NCBI GenBank assembly: GCA_043740455.1
Contig: JAYUCG010000008.1
Location: 1 to 52,281, forward strand
Source: Novosphingobium sp.
GTDB lineage: Bacteria; Pseudomonadota; Alphaproteobacteria; Sphingomonadales; Sphingomonadaceae
Length of the DNA stretch: 52,281 nucleotides
Direction: 5' to 3'
Position 1 is the first letter of the stretch. Each line of letters starts with the position of its first letter. The notes beneath the pieces are model-generated. The model saw only the letters and a program-made list of their open reading frames with translations. It was not told the origin of the DNA and did no database searches. Position numbers and translations under genes: made by a program. Below, in pieces: positions 1 through 10,665 of the stretch.

Positions 1-838
1 GTGCGATGCAGGCCTTGCCGAACGCCGCAAGGAAGGCAGCTGGGTGTTCCTGCGCAGCGCAATCGGACCGGGCCGCGCTCCGCCGCTTGGCGCTGCTGCT
101 GCGCAGCTCCTGACGATAGCCGAAGAGAGCGATGCGCAGTTTGCCGCGCGGTGCAGCGAAGACCGCCGCCACCTCGCCGCGATCCGCGCCGCGCGTGAGG
201 CCAGCGCCGCCAGCTATTTCGCGCGCCACGCCGCCGAATGGGATCACTTGCGCGGCCTGCACAGCCCCGATGCGCCGGTGGAAGCCGCGTTGCAGCTCGC
301 GCTTGGGAGTGCAAACCTGGGCGCGCTGCTCGATGTCGGCACCGGCACCGGCCGCATCGCCGAAGTGCTCGCGCCGCGCGCCGCGCAGGTCACCGCGCTC
401 GACAACAGCCCCGAAATGCTCCGCCTCGCTCGCGCGCGGTTGCAGCACCTCGATGCCGGGTCGCTCGAACTGGTTCAGGGCGATTTCACCGCACTGCCCT
501 TTGCCGATGGGCAGTTCGATACAGTGGTGTTCCACCAGGTGCTGCATTACGCGCAAGCTCCCGACCGGGCGCTGGCCGAGGCGGCGCGCGTTACCCGCCT
601 CGGCGGCGCCATCGCGGTGGTCGACTTTGCTGCGCATGACCGCGAGGAACTGCGCAGCCAGCACGCCCATGCCCGCCTAGGCTTTTCCGACGAGCAGATG
701 CTCGCGCTGTTGGGCGAAGCGGGCTTCACCGCCGCGCCGCCCGCCGCGCTTCCCGGCACCCCGCTCACCGTCAAGATCTGGACCGGACAGCGCGGCAACG
801 CATTGGCCCCGGTCCGCGCTAGCAAGGCTGCAGTATGA
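1..838 (+). CDS. ArsR-family HTH regulator fused to SAM-dependent methyltransferase domain (SahR/SamR-like methionine regulator); 5' end lies outside the window
   Basis: Frame is open from nt 2 (CDAGLAERRKEGSWVF = ArsR wing). It has the SAM-binding motif LLDVGTGTG and LPFADGQFD, and its stop overlaps the metF start (ATGA). Confidence 0.88.
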   Translation, partial: CDAGLAERRKEGSWVFLRSAIGPGRAPPLGAAAAQLLTIAEESDAQFAARCSEDRRHLAAIRAAREASAASYFARHAAEWDHLRGLHSPDAPVEAALQLALGSANLGALLDVGTGTGRIAEVLAPRAAQVTALDNSPEMLRLARARLQHLDAGSLELVQGDFTALPFADGQFDTVVFHQVLHYAQAPDRALAEAARVTRLGGAIAVVDFAAHDREELRSQHAHARLGFSDEQMLALLGEAGFTAAPPAALPGTPLTVKIWTGQRGNALAPVRASKAAV

Positions 839-1713
839 ACCAGTTTGCCTCACTCCCCGGTGACATTTCGGTATCATTCGAATTCTTCCCGCCCAAGACC
901 GAGAAGATGGAAGCGCAGCTGTGGGATGCAATCACTGAGCTCGCCCCGCTCGCCCCCAGCTTCGTCTCGGTGACGTACGGCGCAGGCGGATCGACCCGTG
1001 AGCGCACCCACGCCACGGTGGCACGGCTAGTGAAGGAGACCTCGCTGGTCCCTGCCGCGCACCTGACCTGCGTCGGGGCCAGCAAGGGTGAGATTGCCGA
1101 AGTCGCGCAGCAGTACTGGGATGCCGGAGTGCGCCACATCGTCGCGCTTCGCGGCGATCCGCCGGCCGAAGCAGGCGGCAAATTTGTGGCCCATCCCGAC
1201 GGTTATGCCAGCGCCGCCGACCTAGTCGAAGGCCTCGCCCGCCAGCATCCCTTCGAGCTCTCGGTCGCGGCCTATCCCGAGGTCCACCCCGATGCCGCCA
1301 GTGCCAAAGCCGATCTCGATAACCTCAAGCGCAAGCTCGACGCCGGAGCGGCGCGTGCGATCACCCAGTTCTTCTTCTCGCCCGAGGCCTATTTCCGCTT
1401 CCTCGATGCAGCCCTCGCAGCAGGGATTTCGGTGCCGATCGTGCCTGGGATCATGCCGGTGACGAGCTTCGCCGCGATCCGCCGGATGAGCGGCAACACC
1501 CAGATTCCGAAAGCCATGGAGCGCATGTTCGAAGGGCTTGACGATCGCCCCGGCCCGCGCGAGCTGGTTGCCGCGACCGCTGCGGTCGATCTGTGCCGGC
1601 AGCTCTACGCGGGCGGGGTGCGCGACTTTCATTTCTACACTCTCAACCGCGCCGAGCAGGCCTATGCGATCTGCCACCTGCTCGGTCTGCGCCCGAAGGA
1701 TAGGGCTCAATGA
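835..1713 (+). CDS. metF: 5,10-methylenetetrahydrofolate reductase
   Basis: Motifs SFEFFPPK, SVTYGAGGS, AHLTC, AYPEVHP, ITQFFF and HFYTLN. Confidence 0.97.
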   Translation: MNQFASLPGDISVSFEFFPPKTEKMEAQLWDAITELAPLAPSFVSVTYGAGGSTRERTHATVARLVKETSLVPAAHLTCVGASKGEIAEVAQQYWDAGVRHIVALRGDPPAEAGGKFVAHPDGYASAADLVEGLARQHPFELSVAAYPEVHPDAASAKADLDNLKRKLDAGAARAITQFFFSPEAYFRFLDAALAAGISVPIVPGIMPVTSFAAIRRMSGNTQIPKAMERMFEGLDDRPGPRELVAATAAVDLCRQLYAGGVRDFHFYTLNRAEQAYAICHLLGLRPKDRAQ

Positions 1714-1907
1714 CCCTTCCCCTCTACCGTCATCCTGAACTTGTTTCAGGGCCCATTTCGCCCCGCGTCCGGAGCGCGGTGTGGCACGCATGCCCCTCGA
1801 TTGGGGAACGTAGCATCACGAATGCTCACTCCGGATTTGCGGCACGATGGGCCCTGAAACAAGTTCAGGGTGACGGCATTGATGGACTTGGGAGGGCTTT
1901 GACATGA
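1710..1907 (+). CDS. 65-aa ORF spanning the REP doublet; doubtful as a functional protein
   Basis: ATGA overlap with the metF stop at 1710-1713 and ATGA overlap with the next start at 1904-1907. The sequence is mostly repeat-derived. Confidence 0.35.
   Translation: MTLPLYRHPELVSGPISPRVRSAVWHACPSIGERSITNAHSGFAARWALKQVQGDGIDGLGRALT
1727..1876. repeat. CGTC-tagged REP-like palindromic doublet (REPIN-like element)
   Basis: ccgtcatcctgaacttgtttcagggcccat (1727-1756) and atgggccctgaaacaagttcagggtgacgg (1847-1876) are inverted repeats matching at 29/30 positions. Each arm is itself an imperfect palindrome (cctgaa...ttcagg) and carries a terminal CGTC. Confidence 0.85.
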
Positions 1908-2950
1908 CCCCGCGCGAACTGCTGCTTCAAGAGGCCGCCAAGGCGATCCTGATCAAGGACGGGCCTTACGGGACCGCGATCCAGGCCGCTGGTTTGGACG
2001 AAGCGGGCTATCGTGGCGATACCGGGCTGCCCGACGACCAGAAGGGCAACAACGACCTCGTCAACCTGACCCAGCCCAAGCTGATCGCCTCGATCTGCCA
2101 GTCATATATCGATGCCGGGGCGCGGGTGCTGGCGACCAACAGCTTCAACGCCAACCGCATCAGCCAGGCCGATTACGGCGCCGAACACTTGGTCCGCGAT
2201 ATCAACGTGGCAGCAGCCCAAGTGATCCGCGAAACGGTCGACGCGGCCAGCGCCAAGGACGGTGTGGTGCGCTTCGTGGTCGGCGCGCTCGGCCCGACCA
2301 ACAAGACGCTGTCCTTGTCACCCGACGTCAATGATCCGGGCTACCGCGAGGTCGATTTCGATCTGGTCGCCGAAGTCTACCGCGAACAGGCCGCCGCGCT
2401 GATCGAAGGCGGCGCCGATTACATCCTGATTGAAACGGTGTTCGATACGCTCAACGCCAAGGCTGCGATCTACGGGGTCAAACAGCTCGAGGCTGAACTC
2501 GGCCGCGACGTGCCGCTGATGCTTTCGATGACATTGACCGACCTCTCGGGCCGTAACCTGTCGGGCCACACGGTCGAAGCGTTCTGGCATTCGGTGCGCC
2601 ATGCCCGTCCGGTCACCGTCGGGCTCAATTGCAGCTTCGGCGCGACCCAGCTGCGCCCGCATGTGCGGCTGCTGAGCGGGATCGCCGATTGCCTGCTGAT
2701 GGCCTATCCCAACGCCGGGCTGCCCAACGATCTTGGCGAATACGACGAGCTTCCCGAAGAAACCGCCGCGCTGGTCCGCGAATGGGCCGAGGCCGGACAG
2801 GTCAACATTCTGGGCGGTTGCTGCGGAAATACACCCGTGCACATCGCGGCGATGGCACGGGCTGTCACCGGCCTTGCTCCGCGCAAAGTGCCAACGCTGG
2901 AGCCGGTTACCCGACTGGCGGGTCTCGAGCCCTTCGTGATGGCGGCCTGA
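1904..2950 (+). CDS. metH: Methionine synthase N-terminal part (homocysteine S-methyltransferase domain) of a split MetH
   Basis: Motifs [46 protein letters not shown] and the Zn-binding GGCCG. Confidence 0.93.
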   Translation: MTPRELLLQEAAKAILIKDGPYGTAIQAAGLDEAGYRGDTGLPDDQKGNNDLVNLTQPKLIASICQSYIDAGARVLATNSFNANRISQADYGAEHLVRDINVAAAQVIRETVDAASAKDGVVRFVVGALGPTNKTLSLSPDVNDPGYREVDFDLVAEVYREQAAALIEGGADYILIETVFDTLNAKAAIYGVKQLEAELGRDVPLMLSMTLTDLSGRNLSGHTVEAFWHSVRHARPVTVGLNCSFGATQLRPHVRLLSGIADCLLMAYPNAGLPNDLGEYDELPEETAALVREWAEAGQVNILGGCCGNTPVHIAAMARAVTGLAPRKVPTLEPVTRLAGLEPFVMAA

Positions 2951-2953
2951 TCG

Positions 2954-5572
2954 ATGGCCAATGCACCCTCCTCGGCCCGCTTCGTCAACATTGGCGAACG
3001 CACAAATGTCACTGGCTCGGCCGCGTTCAAGAAGCTCGTGCTTGCGGGCGACTATGCCAAAGCGGTCGAGGTTGCGCGCAACCAGGTCGATAACGGCGCG
3101 CAGATCATCGACGTCAACATGGATGAAGGGCTGCTTGACGCGGTCTTCGCCATGACCACATTCCTCAAGCTGATCGCCGCCGAGCCCGACATCGCGCGGG
3201 TGCCGGTGATGATTGATAGCTCGAAGTGGGAGGTGATCGAGGCCGGGCTCAAATGCGTGCCGGGCAAGCCGATCGTCAATTCAATCAGCATGAAGGAAGG
3301 CAAGGAGGCCTTCCTGAACCATGCGCGCAAATGCATGGCTTATGGTGCCGCGGTGGTGGTCATGGCCTTCGACGAAAAAGGCCAGGCGGACACCAAGGAG
3401 CGCAAGGTCGAGATCTGCGCGCGGGCCTATGACCTGCTCACCGGAATCGGCTTTCCGCCCGAGGACATCATTTTCGATCCCAACGTGTTCGCTGTGGCGA
3501 CGGGGATAGAGGAGCATAACAATTACGGGGTCGATTTCATTGAGGCCACGCGGGAGATCAAGGCGCGCTGCCCACACGTCCATATTTCGGGCGGGCTCTC
3601 CAACCTGTCGTTCTCGTTTCGCGGCAACGAACCGGTGCGCCGCGCGATGCATTCGGTGTTCCTCTACCATGCAATCCCCGCCGGCATGGACATGGCGATC
3701 GTCAATGCTGGCCAGCTCGATGTCTACGACACGATCGATCCCGAGCTGCGCGAGCTGTGCGAAGACGTCGTGCTTAATCGCCGTGCTGACGCTACCGACC
3801 GGCTGGTGACGCTCGCCGAGAAGTTTCGCGGCACTTCGCCCGAAGCCGAAAAGCAGGCCGAGGAATGGCGCGGCTGGGACGTGGTCCGGCGGCTGGAGCA
3901 TGCTCTGGTCAAGGGTATCGACATGTACGTGGTCGAAGATACCGAGGAGGCCCGGCAGGAAGTTTTCGCACGCGGCGGCCGCCCAATCGAGGTGATCGAA
4001 GGCCCCTTGATGGAAGGAATGAACACCGTCGGCGACCTGTTCGGTGCGGGCAAGATGTTCCTGCCGCAAGTGGTCAAGTCAGCCCGCGTGATGAAGAAGG
4101 CGGTCGCGCACCTGATCCCGTTCATCGAAGCTTCCAAGGAACTGGGGGCCCGGCCCAAGGGCAAGATCGTGATGGCCACGGTCAAGGGCGACGTCCACGA
4201 TATCGGCAAGAACATCGTTGGCGTGGTGCTCCAGTGTAACGGCTATGAGGTGATCGACCTTGGCGTCATGGTGCCGTGGCCCAAGATCCTCGAAGTCGCG
4301 CAGACCGAAGATGCCGACATGATCGGGCTATCGGGCCTGATCACGCCTTCGCTAGACGAAATGGTCACCGTCGCAGAAGAAATGAAGCGCGCCGGCTTCA
4401 CCATGCCGCTGCTGATCGGCGGGGCGACCACCAGCAAGGTCCACACCGCGCTGAGGATCGATCCGGCTTACGATGGCCCGGTACTCCACGTGCTTGACGC
4501 GAGCCGCGCGGTCGGGGTGGCGAGCCAGCTGTTGTCCGATACCCAGCGCGATCCTTTGGTGACCGCGACCGCCGCCGAGTACACCAAGGTCCGCGAAGCC
4601 CGCGAGGGCAAGGCGCAGAGCGTGCTGCTCCCGATCGAGGAAGCCCGGGCCAATTTCTACGATGCGTTCATGTCCGACAAGCCGGCCCCGCCCGAGCAAC
4701 CCGGCATCCACATCTTCCCCGACTGGGACCTAACCGACCTTCGGCAGGTCATCGACTGGACCCCGTTCTTCCGCGCGTGGGAACTGCACGGCAACTACCC
4801 CGCCATCCTGTCCGACGAGGTGGTCGGCGAAACCGCGCGGAGCCTTAAAGCCGATGCCGATGCGATGCTCGACCAGATCATCGGCGAGAAGTGGCTGACC
4901 GCGAAAGGTGTGGTGGGGCTGTGGCCTTGCGCCCGTGAAGGCGATGATGTCCTGCTGCACCTCGAAGGCGAAGTACTGCCGCTGCGCATCCCGTTCCTGC
5001 GCCAGCAGATCAAGAAAAGCCGCGACCGGGCCAATATGTGCCTGGCTGATTTCATCGATCCGGCGGGTGACTGGATTGGCGGTTTCGCCGTCGGCATCCA
5101 CGGCATCGAGCCGTATATCGAACGCTTCCGAGCCGACCGCGATGACTACAGCGACATCCTGCTGAAAGCGCTGGCCGACCGCTTTGCGGAAGCTTTTGCC
5201 GAACGGCTGCACCAGCATGTCCGCACCACGTTGTGGGGCTATGCGCCGGGCGAACAGCTCACCAACGAGGCGCTGATCAAGGAAGAATACCGCGGCATCC
5301 GGCCCGCGCCGGGCTATCCCGCGTGCCCCGATCACTCACTGAAGCCAATCCTGTTCGACCTGTTGAAGGCGCAGGAAAACGCCGGGATCGTGCTCACTGA
5401 AAGTCAGGCGATGCTGCCAACTTCGGCGGTCTCGGGGTTCTATTTCGGCCACCCCGAAAGCCAGTACTTCGGCGTGGCCCGGATCGGCCGCGACCAGCTG
5501 GAAGAGTACGCAGTGCGGCGGGGGATTCCACTCGCCGAGGCAGAGCGCTGGCTGCGGCCCAACCTCGATTAG
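2954..5572 (+). CDS. metH: Cobalamin-dependent methionine synthase (pterin-binding, B12-binding and reactivation domains)
   Basis: Motifs [18 protein letters not shown] (B12 His ligand), [10 protein letters not shown] and [12 protein letters not shown]. Confidence 0.97.
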   Translation: MANAPSSARFVNIGERTNVTGSAAFKKLVLAGDYAKAVEVARNQVDNGAQIIDVNMDEGLLDAVFAMTTFLKLIAAEPDIARVPVMIDSSKWEVIEAGLKCVPGKPIVNSISMKEGKEAFLNHARKCMAYGAAVVVMAFDEKGQADTKERKVEICARAYDLLTGIGFPPEDIIFDPNVFAVATGIEEHNNYGVDFIEATREIKARCPHVHISGGLSNLSFSFRGNEPVRRAMHSVFLYHAIPAGMDMAIVNAGQLDVYDTIDPELRELCEDVVLNRRADATDRLVTLAEKFRGTSPEAEKQAEEWRGWDVVRRLEHALVKGIDMYVVEDTEEARQEVFARGGRPIEVIEGPLMEGMNTVGDLFGAGKMFLPQVVKSARVMKKAVAHLIPFIEASKELGARPKGKIVMATVKGDVHDIGKNIVGVVLQCNGYEVIDLGVMVPWPKILEVAQTEDADMIGLSGLITPSLDEMVTVAEEMKRAGFTMPLLIGGATTSKVHTALRIDPAYDGPVLHVLDASRAVGVASQLLSDTQRDPLVTATAAEYTKVREAREGKAQSVLLPIEEARANFYDAFMSDKPAPPEQPGIHIFPDWDLTDLRQVIDWTPFFRAWELHGNYPAILSDEVVGETARSLKADADAMLDQIIGEKWLTAKGVVGLWPCAREGDDVLLHLEGEVLPLRIPFLRQQIKKSRDRANMCLADFIDPAGDWIGGFAVGIHGIEPYIERFRADRDDYSDILLKALADRFAEAFAERLHQHVRTTLWGYAPGEQLTNEALIKEEYRGIRPAPGYPACPDHSLKPILFDLLKAQENAGIVLTESQAMLPTSAVSGFYFGHPESQYFGVARIGRDQLEEYAVRRGIPLAEAERWLRPNLD

Positions 5573-5670
5573 TCGCCGTTTGCAGACTGGTCACCGAACC
5601 CCAATGCCCGGCTAGCTTTTTACTTTGATCGCGCTAGCTTGCTGTTCTTGAACACCAAGGGGGACGGGTG

Positions 5671-6459
5671 ATGGAAGGTTACAGTTTCGGACGAGCACTG
5701 TCGCGGGCCTTTGGGCTGGTACGGGATGGACTGCCCACGGTCGGCATCTTCATGCTGGTGGTCCAGATCGTCAGCACAGCACTCAATTTCGTCCTGCAAG
5801 GCCAGCTCGCCGGGCAAATTCGAGAGAATCTGGCTACGGGTCAGGCACTAAGTGGGCCGCTCGTGATGTTTGGCCAGCCGCTTTGTTGGTTGGCCGTTGC
5901 CATCTCCTTCGTCCTTGCCGTGGTCGTCTATACCGGGTCGATTTATGGCTACCTTGCAGTCGAACGCGGCGCGCCGGCTTCGATCGATGAGTGTTTCTCG
6001 GCCGGCCTCGGTAAATTCCTCCCCGGCCTCGGCCTGCTGATCCTCTGGTTCCTGGGCGTCGGCCTGGGCTGGGTCCTACTCTTCGTTCCCGGCATTATGC
6101 TGATGACGGCGTGGAGCGCGGCGCTACCGGTGCTGGTCGCCGAGAATCGCGGCGTGACCGACAGCTTCGGCCGCAGCCGCGCGCTGACCAAGGGCTATCG
6201 CTGGCCGATCTTCGGCACCCTGGTGGTCGCCTTGCTGGTGATCTACGCGCCGGTTCTTGTGTTCGGCGGGGCCTTCATGGCAACGTCGACCGAGATGCTG
6301 ACCCGGCAGGCGCCCTCACTGCTGTTCATGATCATCACCGCTGGCTACGGCTGGTTTGTCGGCATGTTCATCAATGCCCTGATCACCTCGATCTATCTCG
6401 ATTGCCGCCTCGCCAAGGAGGGCGGCACCAGCGGCCAGTTGTCCGACGTATTCGAGTGA
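5671..6459 (+). CDS. Integral membrane protein of unknown function (about 6 TM segments)
   Basis: Several hydrophobic segments and the ALPVLVAENRGVTDSFGRSRALTKGYRW motif typical of YciC/GDPD-membrane-like proteins. Confidence 0.75.
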   Translation: MEGYSFGRALSRAFGLVRDGLPTVGIFMLVVQIVSTALNFVLQGQLAGQIRENLATGQALSGPLVMFGQPLCWLAVAISFVLAVVVYTGSIYGYLAVERGAPASIDECFSAGLGKFLPGLGLLILWFLGVGLGWVLLFVPGIMLMTAWSAALPVLVAENRGVTDSFGRSRALTKGYRWPIFGTLVVALLVIYAPVLVFGGAFMATSTEMLTRQAPSLLFMIITAGYGWFVGMFINALITSIYLDCRLAKEGGTSGQLSDVFE

Positions 6460-7661
6460 TCCGACGCCTGCTCGGAGCAGCGGCGATGCTTGTCGCCGCT
6501 CCGTTGTCGGCGCAATCGACTGCGCAACCTCCTGCCAGTGTCGCGGTCGCCTTCGATAACCTGCATATCCAACCGGTGCTGGCCGAAGGTGAGGCCGATC
6601 GACGCACGCACCGATTGGTCACGGCCGATGATCCGGTGCGGATCGCCTCGATTTCCAAGCTGGTCACTGCACTTGGCGTGATGCGACTGGTCGATGCGGG
6701 CAAGCTCGATCTCGATCGCGACGTGTCGGGCTATCTCGGCTTCCGGCTGCGCAATCCGGCCTTCCCGGATAAGCCGATCACCCTGCGGCTGCTTCTCTCG
6801 CACCAGTCGAGCCTGCTCGACGGCGAGGACCGCTACATCATCCCGCTGGGCGAGACGCTCGAACACCGGCTGGCCGAGCCGGCGCTGTGGGATTCCGCTC
6901 ATGCTCCCGGGTCGGGCTGGTTTCACTATACCAACCTCAACTTTCCGGTGGTGGCGAGCGTGATGGAGCGGGTCACCGGCGAACGCTTCGACCGGCTCAT
7001 GCAGCGGCTGGTCCTGAAGCCGCTGAAGCTTGAAGCCTGCTTTAACTGGTCGGGCTGCGCGCCGGCTATGGCAGCCCGCGCGGTAGTGCTCTACCGTACC
7101 AGCGGCGAGGCCGCCAAGGATGACCTGCAAGGCCTGATCCCGGCCTGCCCGGTGGTGACCGGGCCCGACGGCGTCTGCGGCCTGTCAGCCTACAAGCCGG
7201 GCGACAATGGCGCGCTGTTTTCCCCTCAGGGCGGCCTCAGGATTTCGATGCGCGGCCTGGCCAAGATCGGCCAACTGCTCGCGCGCGGCGGCAAAGGGTT
7301 TGTCAGCCATAAGGCTTTTGCCGAAATGACCGAGCCCGAATGGCGCTTCGATGGCAGCAATGGCCTGGGAGAAGACGGCACTGCGAGCGGGTTTTTCTGC
7401 GGTTATGGCCTTGCCGTGCACACGATCGGCGCGGGCGGCAGCTGGTGCCACGATGACCTGTTCGGCGATGGCCGCGTGCGGCTCGGCCATTCGGGCGATG
7501 CCTATGGCCTCAAGGCGGGGCTGTGGGTCGACCCCGCGACCGGGCGCGGCCTTGCCTTCTTCACCAGCGCAGTGGCGGACGACGCGCCCACGGGCCGCAG
7601 CGCCTTTACCGCCGCAGAAGAGGCCATTGTGGACAGATCGGCCAAGGTTCCCTTTCGCTGA
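6456..7661 (+). CDS. Secreted serine hydrolase, beta-lactamase (class C/PBP-like) family
   Basis: A GTG at 6456 overlaps the upstream stop and is followed by a signal peptide. Motifs are SxxK (IASISK), LLSHQSSL, YxN (YTN) and GHSG. The ORF-track start at 6111 is an overcall. Confidence 0.88.
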   Translation: MIRRLLGAAAMLVAAPLSAQSTAQPPASVAVAFDNLHIQPVLAEGEADRRTHRLVTADDPVRIASISKLVTALGVMRLVDAGKLDLDRDVSGYLGFRLRNPAFPDKPITLRLLLSHQSSLLDGEDRYIIPLGETLEHRLAEPALWDSAHAPGSGWFHYTNLNFPVVASVMERVTGERFDRLMQRLVLKPLKLEACFNWSGCAPAMAARAVVLYRTSGEAAKDDLQGLIPACPVVTGPDGVCGLSAYKPGDNGALFSPQGGLRISMRGLAKIGQLLARGGKGFVSHKAFAEMTEPEWRFDGSNGLGEDGTASGFFCGYGLAVHTIGAGGSWCHDDLFGDGRVRLGHSGDAYGLKAGLWVDPATGRGLAFFTSAVADDAPTGRSAFTAAEEAIVDRSAKVPFR

Positions 7662-7688
7662 ACTTGCGACCCGGCTAGGCCCCGGCGC

Positions 7689-9467
7689 GTGACCTCACCC
7701 ACCATCCTCGACACTCTTCACGCCACCTTTGGGTTCAGCGCCTTTCGCGGCGTGCAGGATCAGGTGGTCGAACGCGTGCTGGCAGGCAAGTCGACCCTGG
7801 CGGTGATGCCGACCGGCGCGGGCAAGTCGCTGACTTACCAGCTTCCGGCCGTGGCGCTGGAGGGCACCTGCGTGGTCGTATCGCCGCTGATCGCGCTGAT
7901 GCACGACCAGCTGCGGAGCGCAGCGGCCAACGGCATCCGCGCGGCGAGCTTGACCAGCGCTGATAGTGAAGAGGCGCGCGAGGCCACGATCGACGCCTTT
8001 CGCGCGGGCAAGCTCGACTTGCTCTACGTCGCGCCCGAACGCGCCAGCCAGGCGCATTTCCGCAAATTGCTGAGCAAGGCCCAGATCAACCTGTTCGCTA
8101 TCGACGAAGCACACTGCGTCTCTGAATGGGGCCACGACTTCCGTCCCGATTATCGCCTGCTGCGTCCGCTGCTCGATCAGTTTCCGGTGGTGCCGCGCCT
8201 GGCGTTGACGGCCACGGCAGACTCTCACACCCGCGCCGATATCCTTGCGCAGTTGGGCATTCCCGAAGACGGCCTGATCGTCGCCGGGTTTGACCGGCCC
8301 AATATTCGCTACGTGGTTCGTCACCGCGAGAACCCGGTGCGCCAGATCGCTGCCTTAATGGCGCAGCAACCGGGCCCGGGGATTGTCTACGCACCAACCC
8401 GCCGCAAGGTCGAAGACATCGCCGAAAAACTGGCCGCCGCGACCGGGCGCCCGGTGTTGCCGTACCACGCCGGGCTCGACCCAAAGGTCCGCAGTGCCAA
8501 TCAGGCCGCCTTCGTCGCCTCCGAGGATATGGTGATCGTTGCCACGGTCGCCTTCGGCATGGGGATCGACAAGCCGGACGTCCGCTTCGTTGTCCATGCC
8601 GGGGTGCCGAAATCGATCGAGAGCTATTACCAGGAAACCGGTCGCGCCGGACGCGACGGGGATGCTTCGATGGCGCTGATGCTGTGGGCGGCGGACGATT
8701 TTGCCCGCGCCCGCCAGCGCCTGTCCGAGGTTGAGGAACACCGCCGCGCCAACGAACGCGTGCGGCTCGATGCGCTTGCCCTACTGGTCGAAACCGCCGG
8801 GTGCCGCCGCGCGCTGCTGTTGCGCCATTTCGGGGAAGACCCGCCCCAACACTGCGGCAGCTGTGACAATTGCCTTGAGGCACCGGGCGTCGTCGATGCG
8901 ACGCAACTGGCGCAAAAGTTGCTTTCAGCCGCTTACCGCACCGGCCAGGCATTCGGCTTCGGCCACCTTGAGAAGGTGCTGACCGGGCAGGGGGACGAAC
9001 GGATCAGCCAGCGCGGACACGACCAGCTCAGCGTGTTCGGGATCGTCGGGGCGGAGGAAGTGCACCTGCTGCGCCCGCTTGCCCGGGCGTTGCAGGCGCG
9101 CGGCTCGCTGATCCCGACCGAACATGGCGGCCTGGCGCTGGGCGGCGATGCGCGCGATATCCTCAAAGGCGACATTCCGGTGCTGATCGCGCTGGCCGCC
9201 AAGCCCGAAAAACGGTCCCGCAAAAACGCCAGCGGCGCGGCCAACCCGCTTGGCGATCCGCTGTTCGATGCCTTGCGCGAACTGCGCCGCGAGATCGCCC
9301 AGACAGCGGGTGTGCCGCCTTACGTGGTATTCCACGATTCGACGCTGCGCGAGATGACCGCGCTCCGCCCCGCGGCTCTTGGCGCCTTGGGCGAGATCAC
9401 CGGCGTTGGAACCCGCAAGCTTGAAGCCCACGGCGAGGCGTTTCTGGCGGTAATCCGCCAGCATTAA
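7689..9467 (+). CDS. recQ: ATP-dependent DNA helicase RecQ
   Basis: Motifs MPTGAGKS, DEAHCVSEWGHDFRP and QETGRAGRDG, a Zn cluster (CRR...CGSCDNC), and RQC and HRDC domains. Confidence 0.96.
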   Translation: MTSPTILDTLHATFGFSAFRGVQDQVVERVLAGKSTLAVMPTGAGKSLTYQLPAVALEGTCVVVSPLIALMHDQLRSAAANGIRAASLTSADSEEAREATIDAFRAGKLDLLYVAPERASQAHFRKLLSKAQINLFAIDEAHCVSEWGHDFRPDYRLLRPLLDQFPVVPRLALTATADSHTRADILAQLGIPEDGLIVAGFDRPNIRYVVRHRENPVRQIAALMAQQPGPGIVYAPTRRKVEDIAEKLAAATGRPVLPYHAGLDPKVRSANQAAFVASEDMVIVATVAFGMGIDKPDVRFVVHAGVPKSIESYYQETGRAGRDGDASMALMLWAADDFARARQRLSEVEEHRRANERVRLDALALLVETAGCRRALLLRHFGEDPPQHCGSCDNCLEAPGVVDATQLAQKLLSAAYRTGQAFGFGHLEKVLTGQGDERISQRGHDQLSVFGIVGAEEVHLLRPLARALQARGSLIPTEHGGLALGGDARDILKGDIPVLIALAAKPEKRSRKNASGAANPLGDPLFDALRELRREIAQTAGVPPYVVFHDSTLREMTALRPAALGALGEITGVGTRKLEAHGEAFLAVIRQH

Positions 9468-9472
9468 GGCCA

Positions 9473-9510
9473 TTGACGCGGCCCCTGAATTTGATATTAA
9501 TGTGATATCA
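9473..9510 (+). promoter_or_regulatory. Putative sigma70 promoter with an overlapping palindromic operator TGATAT-N7-ATATCA
   Basis: TTGACG lies at 9473-9478, followed by an AT-rich -10-like region at about 9495-9501. The inverted repeat is at 9492-9497 and 9505-9510, an AT-rich island in GC-rich DNA. Confidence 0.6.
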
Positions 9511-9528
9511 GATTTAAGGGGAATTCAA

Positions 9529-10437
9529 ATGTCCGATTCGCATCACGTGATGACGTCCAGCCAGGAACGCAGTGCCTGGAGCACCAGCGGCTACCTCATT
9601 TTCGGGGTCTTTCTGGTGCTGCTTTTGCTAACTATCTGGCGGATCATTGCCTTTGCCGGCAGCCAGCCTGAAGATAGCCAGATCTTCGGTTTCGTGGTCA
9701 GCACTGGGCTCAGTGCGGTCGCGCTGGTGGTGCTGGCCTCGGGCTTTTACATGATCCAGCCCAACCAGGCGGCGGCGATCACGCTGTTCGGTTCGTACCG
9801 CGGCTCTGATCGCAGCACCGGGCTGCGCTGGGTCTGGCCATGGATGGGCAAAACCAAGATCTCAGTGCGCGCCAACAACCTCATTTCGGACCGGATCAAG
9901 GTCAACGACCTGCGCGGCAACCCGATCGAGATGGCCGCGCAAGTGGTGTGGCGCGTGGTCGATACCGCGCAGGCGCTGTACGATGTCGACGATTACAAGT
10001 CGTTCGTCATGGTCCAGATCGAAGCCGCCGTGCGCACGATCGGCTCGCGTTATCCCTACGACGATTTCACCCACGCAGAGGTTACCCTGCGCGGCAATCA
10101 CGACGAGGTCGGAGTCGAACTGCGCAAGGAATTGATCGCGCGGCTTAAGCTGGCCGGGATTTCAGTCGACGAATGCGGCTTTACCCACCTCGCCTATGCG
10201 CAGGAGATCGCCGGCGCGATGCTCCGCCGCCAGCAGGCCGAAGCCGTGGTCGCCGCGCGCAAGACCCTGGTCGAAGGCGCAGTCGGGATGGTCGAGATGG
10301 CACTTGGCATGCTCAGCGAGAAAAACGTCGTGCACCTCGATGACGAGCGCAAGGCAGCGATGGTCAGCAACCTGATGGTGGTGCTGTGCGGCGAACGCGA
10401 TACCCAGCCGGTGGTCAACGCCGGGTCCCTTTACTAG
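9529..10437 (+). CDS. SPFH (band 7/stomatin-like) domain membrane protein
   Basis: Two N-terminal TM helices, then [28 protein letters not shown] and a C-terminal VSNLMVVLC...QPVVNAG. The ATG at 9529 follows AAGGGG. Confidence 0.9.
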   Translation: MSDSHHVMTSSQERSAWSTSGYLIFGVFLVLLLLTIWRIIAFAGSQPEDSQIFGFVVSTGLSAVALVVLASGFYMIQPNQAAAITLFGSYRGSDRSTGLRWVWPWMGKTKISVRANNLISDRIKVNDLRGNPIEMAAQVVWRVVDTAQALYDVDDYKSFVMVQIEAAVRTIGSRYPYDDFTHAEVTLRGNHDEVGVELRKELIARLKLAGISVDECGFTHLAYAQEIAGAMLRRQQAEAVVAARKTLVEGAVGMVEMALGMLSEKNVVHLDDERKAAMVSNLMVVLCGERDTQPVVNAGSLY

Positions 10438-10455
10438 CATTCGAGCGCAACGGCC

Positions 10456-10665
10456 GTGGCTCCTCCTGGCAAGAAATCGTTCCCCCTCCGGCTCGATCCG
10501 GCGCTTTACACCGCGCTGGAACGGGCGGCGGCGGGCGATTTCCGCTCGGTCAATGCCCAGGTCGAAGTGCTGCTGCGCGAAGCACTGGGGCGGCGCGGCA
10601 TAAAGGTTACAGCGAGCGAACCCGCCAAGCGCGGTCGCCCGAAGAAGGAGGACAGCAATGACTGA
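10456..10665 (+). CDS. Arc/ribbon-helix-helix DNA-binding protein
   Basis: KKSFPLRLDPALYTALERAAAGDFRSVNAQVEVLLREAL is an Arc-like RHH signature. Confidence 0.85.
   Translation: MAPPGKKSFPLRLDPALYTALERAAAGDFRSVNAQVEVLLREALGRRGIKVTASEPAKRGRPKKEDSND

Noticed and set aside
1714-1903. SAM or cobalamin riboswitch upstream of metH
   Set aside because: I could not recognise a B12 box or SAM-II/SAM-SAH core, and the structure is explained by the REP doublet.
6111-6455. Long N-terminal extension of the serine hydrolase
   Set aside because: It overlaps the upstream gene out of frame, and the signal peptide begins at the coupled GTG at 6456.
6456-7661. Antibiotic-resistance beta-lactamase
   Set aside because: It has only the generic serine hydrolase motifs and sits in a core-genome context, so no specific resistance call is supportable.
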